Below, piece by piece: positions 24,100 to 37,773 of a stretch of 64,000 nt of DNA. The position numbers were made by a program, and so were the translations under genes. This DNA comes from Paraspadella gotoi (taxonomy: Eukaryota; Animalia; Chaetognatha), in the NCBI GenBank assembly GCA_051294375.1, contig CM119265.1, positions 26,702,694 to 26,766,693 on the forward strand. Direction: 5' to 3'. How positions within the stretch are numbered: position 1 is the stretch's first letter; each line of letters begins with the position of its first letter. The notes beneath the pieces are model-generated. The model did no database searches, was not told the DNA's origin, and saw nothing but the letters and a program-made list of their open reading frames with translations.

Positions 24100-27000
24100 T
24101 ACGTCATCTTCGTCATCGTCATCAATCATTGTTTTAACGATTGAGATGAAAAAAAAAATTGGCGAGAAAATTGAAATATTTTTCTGCCGAATTAAATTTC
24201 TATTTCTGATTTCTGACAAAAGAAAATCTAGATCGAAACTTGTCCTTGCCTTTCCAAGCATTGAAAGCATAAATTATCGTTAGAAAGCTTACAAAATATA
24301 ACATTTAAAAGCAATGATGCCTGCAAGACCGACTACGTCATCAGCCTAACCCAGTAATTAACCTGCTTGCAATTTTAAGCTTGCTTCTCACCAAGCTTTT
24401 TTATCAAAGGCAAAAGTTCCACCTTCCCTCTTTTTCGTTTGGACTTAATGAAGGGTTATCTCCCCCAGTGATTCCAGGCCCACCCTCTCGATCATCTTTT
24501 CTCTCGATGCTCTTTTTTTTCTATCTTCCGGTCGACGACGGCGACGTCAAGCGGCGAAAATTCGACTTTAAAAAAAAAAAGAGCATCGTCGACGTCTATC
24601 GATTCTAAAAATAACAAATTACTCGCGACTACAAAATATGCGGTTAGAGAATCCATATAACATTTTTTTTTAAGTCTTAAATTTACAAGGCCGTTATAAA
24701 CTGTTATTTCGGGTTCTAATAAAAGCGAATCCCCTTTTGTTTTGAAGTTAATGATCGGCTCGTTTGATCTCCCGCGGATTGAAATTACAGAGGAAAAGGA
24801 AAAATGATTGGCGTGACGAAAATTATGGGGTGACGAAATNNNNNNNNNNNNNNNNNNNNNNNNNNNNNNNNNNNNNNNNNNNNNNNNNNNNNNNNNNNNN
24901 NNNNNNNNNNNNNNNNNNNNNNNNNNNNNNNNNNNNNNNNNNNNNNNNNNNNNNNNNNNNNNNNNNNNNNNNNNNNNNNNNNNNNNNNNNNNNNNNNNNN
25001 NNNNNNNNNNNNNNNNNNNNNNNNNNNNNNNNNNNNNNNNNNNNNNNNNNNNNNNNNNNNNNNNNNNNNNNNNNNNNNNNNNNNNTACCATTGGTGAATA
25101 TTAATTTGTTTTTATTTTTTGTTTGTAGTATCCAACTCAGCTTATTTTATATTTATGTAAAAATTTGGAAATGGTTTTTTTTAAATTCTGGAAGCAGATT
25201 TCTTTAAAAAAGTTNNNNNNNNNNNNNNNNNNNNNNNNNNNNNNNNNNNNNNNNNNNNNNNNNNNNNNNNNNNNNNNNNNNNNNNNNNNNNNNNNNNNNN
25301 NNNNNNNNNNNNNNNNNNNNNNNNNNNNNNNNNNNNNNNNNNNNNNNNNNNNNNNNNNNNNNNNNNNNNNNNNNNNNNNNNNNNNNNNNNNNNNNNNNNN
25401 NNNNNNNNNNNNNNNNNNNTTTCTACAATTAAAAAGTCATTACATTATGTCCTTTACTTAGTAAACCATTATATGCAATTAAAATTGTACAATTGAAAAC
25501 CTATTCCATTTTAATTCAGGAGGCGGTTACCCAAATAAACGACAACTGCTTTCAAAGTTGCAATTAATGAGAACATATTTTTCCTCAATCTCTGATAAAT
25601 TTTCGTCGTATCAATGACACTAACCACTGTGTCACTGTGCCGACAAAAACATTTTCTTGCCTCCATAACTTAAATCCAGTGTGCCGCAAATGACTCTAAT
25701 TCTTTGATCTCCGTTTTTAAAAATCCATTAAAACCAGAGTCAACTATTTCTTCCTTTTTCTCCTCCCTCTCTCTNNNNNNNNNNNNNNNNNNNNNNNNNN
25801 NNNNNNNNNNNNNNNNNNNNNNNNNNNNNNNNNNNNNNNNNNNNNNNNNNNNNNNNNNNNNNNNNNNNNNNNNNNNNNNNNNNNNNNNNNNNNNNNNNNN
25901 NNNNNNNNNNNNNNNNNNNNNNNNNNNNNNNNNNNNNNNNNNNNNNNNNNNNNNNNNNNNNNNNNNNNNNNNNNNNNNNNNNNNNNNNNNCCCGCCTATT
26001 CCCGGGCCCCAGCCGAGGTAAGTTCGAAGCGAGAAGAGGGACCCTCGCCTCCTCATTCCCCTCCCGATGATAAAGGTAAGGTATCCCCGCTGCGTGGGTA
26101 ATGACTGAAGAAGGATTTTCGTCTTAACCAATCATTAACCAATCATTAACCGCTGACAAAAAAAAAAGATTTTAACTTTTAGCTTTTTGGCTTTTATTTT
26201 ATTTTTTTTTTTTTGTGATTTAAGACGAAGTAGAAAATAAAGAAAATTTAAATTAGGTTAATCGTTCTCTTTATTGCCAAATTATGGACCGAAACAAAAA
26301 AATGTTTTTCATTATGATTATTTACAAACGTTGGAATAGACATTTATTTATATCTATGTTCAAAATATATATTTTTTAAACAAAATTTCTCAAATAATTT
26401 TCTCAATTTCATTTAAGAATTAAAAAAAAGCCGATCTACAGATTTAATCGAATCAATTAAAAGCTTGGAGAAATGATTTCAGAAAATAATNNNNNNNNNN
26501 NNNNNNNNNNNNNNNNNNNNNNNNNNNNNNNNNNNNNNNNNNNNNNNNNNNNNNNNNNNNNNNNNNNNNNNNNNNNNNNNNNNNNNNNNNNNNNNNNNNN
26601 NNNNNNNNNNNNNNNNNNNNNNNNNNNNNNNNNNNNNNNNNNNNNNNNNNNNNNNNNNNNNNNNNNNNNNNNNNNNNNNNNNNAAAAAATTAAAGAAAAA
26701 AATAGATTTGATTTTTCGCGCGATTTCGATTAAACTCTGAATGAGAACGAGGCTTTGGTTTTCTTCTTTCGTGTTTGTTGATTGTTTGTTATCTTTTGTT
26801 TTTTAAAAATTTATTTCTGCGTTTGTTTTTATTAACTTGAATCGTATTTTTCGTTTTTATTATTGTTTTTTGTGGGTTGTTTTAGTTTTATATTATAGTA
26901 GTTGGTTTAGTTAGTAGTTATACTTTACTTTTTGATTACTTAGTTATAGACGTAAAGGTAACCGAGTCGGTAACCGTTTAAAACCTCTGCGCGTCCACAT

Positions 27001-27715
27001 AGTCGAAAGACGTCAATAACTTACCCACATCTCTCTTTTATGATTGACTTACCTCAACCTCTCATCAACTATTGCCTTACCATCAATTCTTTTACTCACA
27101 CTCTCTCGTTTTTGTCAAAATCTTGACTGACCCTGACCTTTTTTTCTCGCGAAAAATCCCTCCCTCCCTCCGGACGACGTTTTGTCTTNNNNNNNNNNNN
27201 NNNNNNNNNNNNNNNNNNNNNNNNNNNNNNNNNNNNNNNNNNNNNNNNNNNNNNNNNNNNNNNNNNNNNNNNNNNNNNNNNNNNNNNNNNNNNNNNNNNN
27301 NNNNNNNNNNNNNNNNNNNNNNNNNNNNNNNNNNNNNNNNNNNNNNNNNNNNNNNNNNNNNNNNNNNNNNNNNAAATGTGACTTTATGACATTCACAGAG
27401 AGAGAGTGAGTGAAGATTTAGTCGATCGGGTTATAAAAAGATAAGTCAGTAGCCGCGACTTTTATAACAAGTGGAGGGAAGCGATGAAAAGAAAGACCGA
27501 GAGAAACAACCTGGATGCGTAGATCATAACGATTGACAGAAACTGAAACATCGTGTAAATAAACAATTTTCGGACCTGAAGATTAAAGTTAGGATAGCAA
27601 GTTTATTCATTACAAGTATCGATATAAAATCGGTTTAAGATGTTTTAATTTACTATTCCTTTGCGGTCTATACTTTGAAGTATTAACAGTCAGGAAGACT
27701 CAAAGAGTAACCGAC

Positions 27716-27750
<35 letters not shown>

Positions 27751-30700
27751 GGAAGAAAAACTTGAGAAAGTCATTGCATCCCCATTACCCATTGTGTTTC
27801 TTCGGTAAAAAACTTAAGACGACAATTCCGCCAACATNNNNNNNNNNNNNNNNNNNNNNNNNNNNNNNNNNNNNNNNNNNNNNNNNNNNNNNNNNNNNNN
27901 NNNNNNNNNNNNNNNNNNNNNNNNNNNNNNNNNNNNNNNNNNNNNNNNNNNNNNNNNNNNNNNNNNNNNNNNNNNNNNNNNNNNNNNNNNNNNNNNNNNN
28001 NNNNNNNNNNNNNNNNNNNNNNNNNNNNNNNNNNNNNNNNNNNNNNNNNNNNNNNNNNNNNNNNNNNNNNNNNNNNNNNNNNNNNNNNNNNNNNNNNNNN
28101 NNNNNNNNNNNNNNNNNNNNNNNNNNNNNNNNNNNNNNNNNNNNNNNNNNNNNNNNNNNNNNNNNNNNNNNNNNNNNNNNNNNNNNNNNNNNNNNNNNNN
28201 NNNNNNNNNNNNNNNNNNNNNNNNNNNNNNNNNNNNNNNNNNNNNNNNNNNNNNNNNNNNNNNNNNNNNNNNNNNNNNNNNNNNNNNNNNNNNNNNNNNN
28301 NNNNNNNNNNNNNNNNNNNNNNNNNNNNNNNNNNNNNNNNNNNNNNNNNNNNNNNNNNNNNNNNNNNNNNNNNNNNNNNNNNNNNNNNNNNNNNNNNNNN
28401 NNNNNNNNNNNNNNNNNNNNNNNNNNNNNNNNNNNNNNNNNNNNNNNNNNNNNNNNNNNNNNNNNNNNNNNNNNNNNNNNNNNNNNNNNNNNNNNNNNNN
28501 NNNNNNNNNNNNNNNNNNNNNNNNNNNNNNNNNNNNNNNNNNNNNNNNNNNNNNNNNNNNGGTCATTTGCCAAAGAATGACCTATCCTCAATCAGAAAAT
28601 TTTGTTCTCTCTCTCTTTAATTACAAACAAAGATTTCCTAGCAACGAAAGTTTTTGCATTTGTTTTTTTCTTACTGTCTTAATGAATCAAGAACTTTTGA
28701 GAAAATCATATTTTCTTATGTTAATTAAATCTTTTGAGATATTTCATATGAGTTTATATGTTTTGAACTATCGGTATAGTTTGAAAGGATCGTTCCGGGA
28801 CCTGGTGTAGCGTATTTAAGGAGACGTAATTTAGTCGCTCCGTCCAAGAAGTTACAACTTTTAATTTGATCAAGAACTTAATTTTTGTTGGCTTTTCTTT
28901 ATTTTTTGCCAATTTCGGAAAGTACTACGAATACAAGTTTAAATGCTATTTCTCGATTATTGTTTTAGCTATTTGTTTATTTCTATTAGTTATCGTATTA
29001 AATTCAAGAATCAGCAATAAACGAGATATACGGAATTTTTCAAATCAGCATGGTTATTTAGTACATAACATAATTTTAAACAGCCGCCTTTAAATTATAT
29101 CTTTATCTAATATCTATAAATAGAATTTTTGTAAACTTGTACATGACTGCTAATTGTTTTTAATATGTACGGAGCACTATACTACTTGTTTTGCCGACGA
29201 AGTTTGGTTTCAGTCAGTAATATGGTTTCTAAACGGTTTCGAAAAATAATTATTTTAAACTATTAATTATCAATTCACTAGGAAATCGTTTGTCTCGTTC
29301 TTCTCTTTCTCGATTTTGCTCGACGTTGAGACAGCCTTTTCTGTCGTAACTCTTGTATTGTGATGAGTTGTGTTGATGTTAACATTATTAAACATTAACA
29401 TTAACGTTATCTTCTAAAGATAGGCGATAAGATATGTATATGTCTATTGTCTGAACCTATTACTCAGTTTTATTTTTAACGATGAGAAAAAACATTTTTC
29501 ATTCTGTCTCTGNNNNNNNNNNNNNNNNNNNNNNNNNNNNNNNNNNNNNNNNNNNNNNNNNNNNNNNNNNNNNNNNNNNNNNNNNNNNNNNNNNNNNNNN
29601 NNNNNNNNNNNNNNNNNNNNNNNNNNNNNNNNNNNNNNNNNNNNNNNNNNNNNNNNNNNNNNNNNNNNNNNNNNNNNNNNNNNNNNNNNNNNNNNNNNNN
29701 NNNNNNNNNNNNNNNNNNNNNNNNNNNNNNNNNNNNNNNNNNNNNNNNNNNNNNNNNNNNNNNNNNNNNNNNNNNNNNNNNNNNNNNNNNNNNNNNNNNN
29801 NNNNNNNNNNNNNNNNNNNNNNNNNNNNNNNNNNNNNNNNNNNNNNNNNNNNNNNNNNNNNNNNNNNNNNNNNNNNNNNNNNNNNNNNNNNNNNNNNNNN
29901 NNNNNNNNNNNNNNNNNNNNNNNNNNNNNNNNNNNNNNNNNNNNNNNNNNNNNNNNNNNNNNNNNNNNNNNNNNNNNNNNNNNNNNNNNNNNNNNNNNNN
30001 NNNNNNNNNNNNNNNNNNNNNNNNNNNNNNNNNNNNNNNNNNNNNNNNNNNNNNNNNNNNNNNNNNNNNNNNNNNNNNNNNNNNNNNNNNNNNNNNNNNN
30101 NNNNNNNNNNNNNNNNNNNNNNNNNNNNNNNNNNNNNNNNNNNNNNNNNNNNNNNNNNNNNNNNNNNNNNNNNNNNNNNNNNNNNNNNNNNNNNNNNNNN
30201 GGGGGCGGCAGAAATCGTTCCCGAGTATTAATATCTCTGGGTAATGAGGCGAAATGAAGTCAAATGGAGCGAAATGAAGAGAAATGAGACCGAAAATGAA
30301 GATGAAAAGAATAAATTAAAAAGGAAAAAAGTCGTTAAACGCTGAGGGCAGGGCCGTGGCAGGGCCGTGACAGGGCCGTGGCAGGGCCGTGGCAAGAGGG
30401 AAATCTTCGATTTATGGCTTAGGGCTGCGCGACCGGTCGGGATCTTTTCCACCCTTGATTCATGAGCCGAATCAATTTTTTGAAAAGACGGAATAGCGTA
30501 AATGAGAGAACTTTGTCTCTCTCTCTCTCTGTGTCTCACTTTGTCTCACTCTGTCTCTTTTTTTTTTTTTTTTGAAGAAGGTCGTTTGTAATACGATGCT
30601 TCATTTATTTTTTATTTTTTTGGTTGTATTCAGTCTATCTGTATTTCTGTATTTCTTTAGCAATAGTTATTCTTAAAACTTAAATCTTAAATTTTATAAA

Positions 30701-31470
30701 ATAAAAAATCTTAAAATCAATAAATCTAAAATATCAAAATCTAATAAAAATCACAAAAATCCCGAAATCTCTATAATATCTCTTCAATAACTAAATTTTA
30801 AAAAGTTTAAAGGTTTAAGTCTCCAGATTTCTTTATCTCTGAATCTAGTAATTTTTTTTTTAAATCTCCAAATCTCATTAAATCTCATAAATCCCGATTC
30901 GTCAATTCCATCTAATTTTGGCCCTCGAGTCTTAATTTTTTCGCCTCGCGTCTTTCAATCAAGATTTTCTAATGGACTTCCTAATTTGACGGCAGAAAAA
31001 AATTACAGCGAGAACGGTATTTGACGATCGCGGGTTTTTAAGTTATCAAAATATAAACATTTTATTTTTACTTTATATTTTTATTTTAATTCACAGTAGA
31101 AATAATCATTAAAAGTTTATAACGAATGTCAAACCATTTTTTTTTTTTTTTATTAATTACGTCATTTGGGAGTTACGCCGTACCATTCTTTAAGCCCGTC
31201 GTAAAGATGCTTCACTGTATCCCTTTTACAGTTTTTGATTTTTTGACAAATGAGAAAATTGAGGAAACAAATCGAACTGCGCTTCGTTGAGATTCGAATC
31301 TCCAAGTTTGAGGCATCAGTCGAAACTAATTAGAAGGTAACGCCTTTAACTTAATTAAATATATTTGTAATTTTATCTTTAATTCAACTAAAACTACTCG
31401 AGCATCGTCTGTTAACAGTGCTAAACGTTTGATTAGATTATTTAGATTTAATATCAATTTAGATATTTAA

Positions 31471-31505
31471 TTTATTTATGAAATTGGTACAACCAATATA
31501 AAAAT
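31471..31505 (-). mobile_element. Interspersed repeat family A, short terminal fragment
   Basis: TTTATTTATGAAATTGGTACAACCAATATAAAAAT matches the family end. Further fragments at 131-148 (+), 15833-15862 (+) and 33533-33573 (-). Confidence 0.55.
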
Positions 31506-32054
31506 GTAATAGTCATATAAATAAAGTTAACTTTTCAAATTTTTTCATCATATTTAATTTTTTAATTTCGTAATTTTTAATATAGTCTATATATTATAGA
31601 GTAACCAAACAGAGGATCGCTAAAAAAAACTAAATCAATCCCTAGATAATATTTATGACTACGCAGATAAGATCGGTATCCTAAATCAGGGATCTCAGTG
31701 TTTCTCGTTCCCAGTTTCATTTATGACCCTAATTTTTTTTTCTCTCTCTCTTATAAACGGGATTCTTCTCTTCTCCCGCGATTCGATTTAGCGAAAGAAA
31801 AACGAACCTAATTAATTACATTCGTCTCGTTCACCCTCCTTCCTTTTTCTATTCAATTTACGTTTTTTTTTGTTTTTTTTTTCTCACTTTTTATCTTGTT
31901 TTTATTATTGTATTTCTTTTTCATGAAACTCTAATTTTCAGCACTTTACACCCAGTTATGTGATGACCTTTCACATTGTGAAGTGAACCCGCCATATTTA
32001 TTTCCTCATAAAACAAGTTTCTTTCTCCAAAATAATTTTTTCTTTCTTTGTTCT

Positions 32055-35000
32055 TTTTTTTTTTAAATTCATTCTAATACAATGCCATTCGTTTTTCTAA
32101 ACTCTATTTCTAATTTTTTATCGATTATTAGTTGTGAACTTTCTATTGGTGAAGTCCTTTCCTAATATTGTCTCTAAAATCTTTGTCTCTCTACCTTTAA
32201 TGCACCTTTAGCTCAGTTCTCTTTTCTTTTAATTTTCCTTTCCCGCCAGGGAGATAAAGAAACCTGATTTCAATTTCTGAACAAGCCCCTTTTCTTAACT
32301 TACCCGCTAATTCCGACGCAAGATTTGCCCATCGTGAGGCGAAAAGATCATCCAATTTAAGTTTCTTACTCATAACCTGTCTGGTATCATCCCTCGTTAA
32401 TCTCTGCCGACAAAAAAAAAGATTTTGGCCGCAAATTGCTCTCTCCTCGTCTCTCCTCTCTCTCTCTCCCTTCTCTCTCTCTCTTCGTCTCTCTTCTCTC
32501 TCTCTCTCTCTCTCTATCGCTCTCTCTCCAATCTTCCCTCGAAACAACTTACCTTCCCTTCACCTCCGCCGCTAATGCCGTCACTTACCTACGCCAGCGT
32601 CAACTTCTGCACGCTCAATCATCCTTATCCTTGTTTCGTTCGGTCGCTGGCGCAGCGCAGCCGCGGCCCCGACTCAGACCAATCAAGAGATTTTTCACTT
32701 TTCTTTTACTGTACCTCCAGTGTTTTCTCTTTTTCTAACTATCTTTTCTTCATAGCGCTCTTGTGTTTAGCCTTATTGGGCAGGTNNNNNNNNNNNNNNN
32801 NNNNNNNNNNNNNNNNNNNNNNNNNNNNNNNNNNNNNNNNNNNNNNNNNNNNNNNNNNNNNNNNNNNNNNNNNNNNNNNNNNNNNNNNNNNNNNNNNNNN
32901 NNNNNNNNNNNNNNNNNNNNNNNNNNNNNNNNNNNNNNNNNNNNNNNNNNNNNNNNNNNNNNNNNNNNNNNNNNNNNNNNNNNNNNNNNNNNNNNNNNNN
33001 NNNNNNNNNNNNNNNNNNNNNNNNNNNNNNNNNNNNNNNNNNNNNNNNNNNNNNNNNNNNNNNNNNNNNNNNNNNNNNNNNNNNNNNNNNNNNNNNNNNN
33101 NNNNNNNNNNNNNNNNNNNNNNNNNNNNNNNNNNNNNNNNNNNNNNNNNNNNNNNNNNNNNNNNNNNNNNNNNNNNNNNNNNNNNNNNNNNNNNNNNNNG
33201 CGGGTTGAAACAACAGATTTGGGTGAATCCATGACACGGACTTTATCTCTCTTCCCCTCTCCCTACTTCTTGGCTACCCCCCCCTTCTTTTCAGCTTTAC
33301 CCCCTGCCTAAAACCCTTTATCTTGGTCGGGGCAGCGTTTTCAAGGGTGTTAGGCTTTTGGGGGGGAGCAAGTGGGGAGAGTGTAAGAGGTCAGGGCAGG
33401 GCAGGTGTGACACCGTAAAAAATATCACTTCCTCTTCATCCTTCTTTTTTCTTTTGTTGTGGGGAAACTACGAGTTTTTTTTTTGGTTTTTTTTCTCTTA
33501 CGACTTGAAAACATTTTTGAGTAGAATTAATTCAACCAATAATATTTTTTAAATTATCCATTCATTTGATAATCNNNNNNNNNNTTTTTAAATTCTTATC
33601 TCTATATCTAATGCATTTTCGTTTTTCTAAACTCTATTTTCTAATTTTTTTTATCATTTATTAGGTGAACTTTCATATTGTGAAGTCTTTCCTAATATTG
33701 TCTAAATCTGTCTCTACCTAACTGCACTCAGCCAGCCTCTATATTCTATTCTTCCCCGCCAGGGAGATAAAAGAAACTGATTTCATTTCTGAACCAACCC
33801 TTTCTTAACTTACCCGCTAATCCGACGCAATTTGCCCATCGTGAGGCAGAAAAGATCATCATTTAAGTTTTCTACTCATAACCAGTCTTGGTATCATCCC
33901 TTCGTTAATCTCTGCCGACAAAAAAAAAGATTTTGGNNNNNNNNNNNNNNNNNNNNNNNNNNNNNNNNNNNNNNNNNNNNNNNNNNNNNNNNNNNNNNNN
34001 NNNNNNNNNNNNNNNNNNNNNNNNNNNNNNNNNNNNNNNNNNNNNNNNNNNNNNNNNNNNNNNNNNNNNNNNNNNNNNNNNNNNNNNNNNNNNNNNNNNN
34101 NGCCACGTCAACTCAAATCCTTACCTTTTTTCGCGTCGCTGCCGCAGCCGGCGCCGCCCCCGACTCAGACCAATCAAAGGATTTTCACTTTCTTTTACTT
34201 ACCTCCAGTGTTTTTCTTCTTTCTACTCTTTTCTTCATACAGCAGCGCGGCAGACGGTCGAGTCATATGGTTCTCCGCCCGCTCACACTAGCGTCAACTT
34301 CCGTCGCCACGCTCAACTCAAATCCTTATCCTTGTTGTCGTTTCGGTCGCTGGCGCAGCGCAGCCGGCGGCCGCCCGACTCAGACCAATCAGAGATTTTG
34401 TCACCTTTCTTTTACTACCTCCAGTGTTTCTCTTGTTCTACCTTTTCTCATAGCGCCACTTTTTTTCACTTCTCTCATCCTGTCTGCTCTCTCGTCTCTC
34501 TCTTCTCTCTCGTCTCGTCTCCTCGGTCTCTCTCTCTCTCTCTGCGTCTTGCGTACTCTATCTGCTTTGCATTGATTCTTCTGATTTTTCACCGGCAATT
34601 TGTTCTTGATTCCTCATGCCGGCGTACAGCTTCAAGATCCACGGTTTCGTCTCTCTCGATACATGCTCTCTCCTCCATCTCGTCTCTCCTAGTCTCTCCT
34701 CCTCTGCTCTCTCTCTTCTCTCTCTATCTCTCTCTCTATCAAGTCCGTCTTAGAGGCGGTTAAAGACAACAAACGATTTGGGGTGAATCATGACAGCGGA
34801 CTTTATCTCTCTCCCCATCTCTGATCGCTACTTCCTTGGGCCCCTTACCCCCCCCTTCCTGTTTCAGCGGTTCTTTACCACCCTGCCTAAAAACCCTTTA
34901 TCTTGGTCGGGGCAGCGTTTTCAAGGTGTGGGGTAGTGTACTTAGAGCTTTTGGGGGGGGGAGACGAGCAATGGGGGGGAGGACGAGTACCGCTGTAAGA

Positions 35001-35310
35001 GAGTCCAGGGCAGGCGTCGCGGGTTAGCAGATGTTGAGCGATTATGGCTAAGACACATGCGTAAATCATCAACTGGATCCCGCAGCGTGTCGCATGATAC
35101 GCTGCTCTTTCTTAGTTTTTACTGTAGTTTTGTCTGGTGGAGTATAACAGCATACACCGGAGAGGTTTATCAACCTGTGTTTGGGTCATGTAATTGTTCA
35201 TTTTTCTTCATTACGGACTTGAAAACATTTCAGAGTTTGGGGTGTAGGACATTAATTCTGGGCTCAAGCCAAATAAGTGATTTGTTTTATTATCACATTC
35301 ATCATTGATG
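32055..35310. other. Noisy tandem duplication (~32055-33574 repeated as ~33585-35310), probably redundant assembly
   Basis: Shared blocks include CCCGCCAGGGAGATAAA (32242/33755), CGACTCAGACCAATCA (32670/34161/34376) and CCCTGCCTAAAA..CCCTTTATCTTGGTCGGGGCAGCG (33302/34881). The copies differ by scattered indels and meet at an N gap. Confidence 0.75.
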
Positions 35311-37704
35311 CGCGACTCAAAGCAATTCTAATGTATCCCTGTCGTGCTGAAAACGTTGTTAGCGCTTAGGTGAGTAAAGATTCGATTGACCTGTCTTTAA
35401 GTATAGTATAAAATGTGAGTTTGACTGAAGTCATATTGGTGAAAAGCCATTCATGCTGTTGGACAACAAGATCTCGCTAGAGGTCGTAGCCTCAATTGCG
35501 AGCCTTACAACTGTAGACCAATGAGTTAAAAGGCGGCAGCTGTGTGCGGACTACAGTCACAAGTTATTATATATTCGCACAGCGCTTGCCCATATTAAAA
35601 TGAAAGTGAGTATTTTCATGCTTTTTGACAGAATTGTTCAATTACTGGAATACAACATGCCACACTGCTTAAGTATTACGCACTCGGGAAATGCTGATTG
35701 AAGTATTGCGTAGAGTAAAGGAATTTGTAATGGCAGACTTTCTTCTGTCGTCTAGCATCGGAGGTCAATCTCGAGCTTATTCGGTCAAAAACGTGAAGAT
35801 TTCATTGATTTCACGCTTGTTTTTTTCCTTAGTTTGTTTTGGACAGCATTATATGTTGGTTGTTGTTGTATCTTAAGTCCCCTAGTCGATTGCAGGACGC
35901 GAGTACCGAAACAGGTTGAGAGATGTTGACGGCAGTTGGATGTTTACGATTTTTTTTTCGAGGGGGAATTGNNNNNNNNNNNNNNNNNNNNNNNNNGGGG
36001 GATTTTCTGGTTTTTGTTGTTTTGTTGCCGCTTCTTGCTTGTTTCCTGCTTGTTTCTTTCTTGTTTCTGGCTTGTTTCTTGCTTCTTGCTTGCCTTTTTA
36101 TCTTCGTGGAATCTTCAAGTCATTTATTAATAAACTAGTAGTTACTTGAACATAAGAATGACACCCTTAATTCATTTGTCATGATAACTCTTTTAAATTG
36201 GCTTCAAACATTACATTTTATCTTTATCAACTCAGCGTCTTACAACTTTTTTTCAAAATGAAATAAAAACCGGAAAAATTTCGGAACCGGAAGTGAAATC
36301 AAAGATTCACTTTAAAAAAAACCGCGAAATTGAAGAGAAAAAAAAACAAAATTTGAAAGAAAAACTGGTTTAAGAGGAATTAAAAAACAGATTAGTTATG
36401 ATTAGTATTTTCTTTACTATTTCTCTCGCTTTGTTTTCTTTCTTTTCTTACTACTTTCTTCTTTCTTTCTATCTTTCTATCTTTCTTTCTCTCTCTCTCC
36501 TCTCCTCTCATCTCGCTCTCTCTCTCCCTCCGTCCCATTCTGCATCCTCGCTCTCCATTCTCTCGTCTCCTCTCTCTCTCTCCATCAAAAGCCTGTTCGC
36601 CTACGTCGATCTCTCTCGTCATTTTTTTTTATTTTTGTTTTTTCTTTACTATTTTCGCGATTGTTCTTACCATCGGTGTTCCTCTCTCGTCTCTCTGGAG
36701 CGATCGAGTGTACGGTCGCGACAATTTCGGCGCAGTGTGTCATAGTCTCTCTCCTCGGTCCTGCAGTCAGTCGTCGTCCTCGATCGATCGTCTCATCNNN
36801 NNNNNNNNNNNNNNNNNNNNNNAAACTTAATAATCAAGTTTTAAACTCTGAAGTAATAAACGACTCGTCCGAAACCGTTTAACTCTCTTATATCTTCCCG
36901 CATTAGCGATGCACTTTTGTTTCATTTAATCTTTTTTTTTTTAAACTCGATTTGAAAAAAAAAGAAAAAAACTGTGTTATCGATCGCTAAATGCCGAGAG
37001 ACATTTTAAGCGACGAGGTTCCCACGACAATTTGGAACTGAATTGAAAGGGCGTGGTTGACTTCCTGGTGTATCGTCGTTGTTGTCGTCGTTGTCTTCGT
37101 CGTTGTNNNNNNNNNNNNNNNNNNNNNNNNNNNNNNNNNNNNNNNNNNNNNNNNNNNNNNNNNNNNNNNNNNNNNNNNNNNNNNNNNNNNNNNNNNNNNN
37201 NNNNNNNNNNNNNNNNNNNNNNNNNNNNNNNNNNNNNNNNNNNNNNNNNNNNNNNNNNNNNNNNNNNNNNNNNNNNNNNNNNNNNNNNNNNNNNNNNNNN
37301 NNNNNNNNNNNNNNNNNNNNNNNNNNNNNNNNNNNNNNNNNNNNNNNNNNNNNNNNNNNNNNNNNNNNNNNNNNNNNNNNNNNNNNNNNNNNNNNNNNNN
37401 NNNNNNNNNNNNNNNNNNNNNNNNNNNNNNNNNNNNNNNNTTTTTCGTCGTCGTCGCCATTTTGGTCGTCGTCTTCGCTGTTTTCGTCGTCGTTATCGTC
37501 ATTTTCGTCGTCGTCGTCGTCGTTTTCTTTGTCTTCGTCGATGTCATCGTCGTCATCGGTTGGATAAATTTTTTTTTTTGTTTCGGGAGAAGGAAGAGGA
37601 AGAGGAAGAGGAAAAAATTAAAAAGTCGGTTAAGACGACGAGACGAATTGTTCTTTTTGACGTGAAATAAACAAAGAAGGGTAAATGGTAAGTAAATGGT
37701 GAGA

Positions 37705-37773
<69 letters not shown>

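Noticed and set aside
24505-24588. 16-bp inverted repeat
   Set aside because: Half the stem is poly-T/poly-A pairing and the loop is long; compatible with chance.
27505-27590. Second possible hammerhead/Penelope remnant (GAAACATCG..AATAAA..CTGAAGA)
   Set aside because: The core elements are not in a consistent order with pairing stems; I could not build the fold.
32055-35310. Segmental duplication as a biological event
   Set aside because: The copies abut N gaps and differ by random indels, as expected from redundant gap-filling reads. The same applies to 39086-40231.
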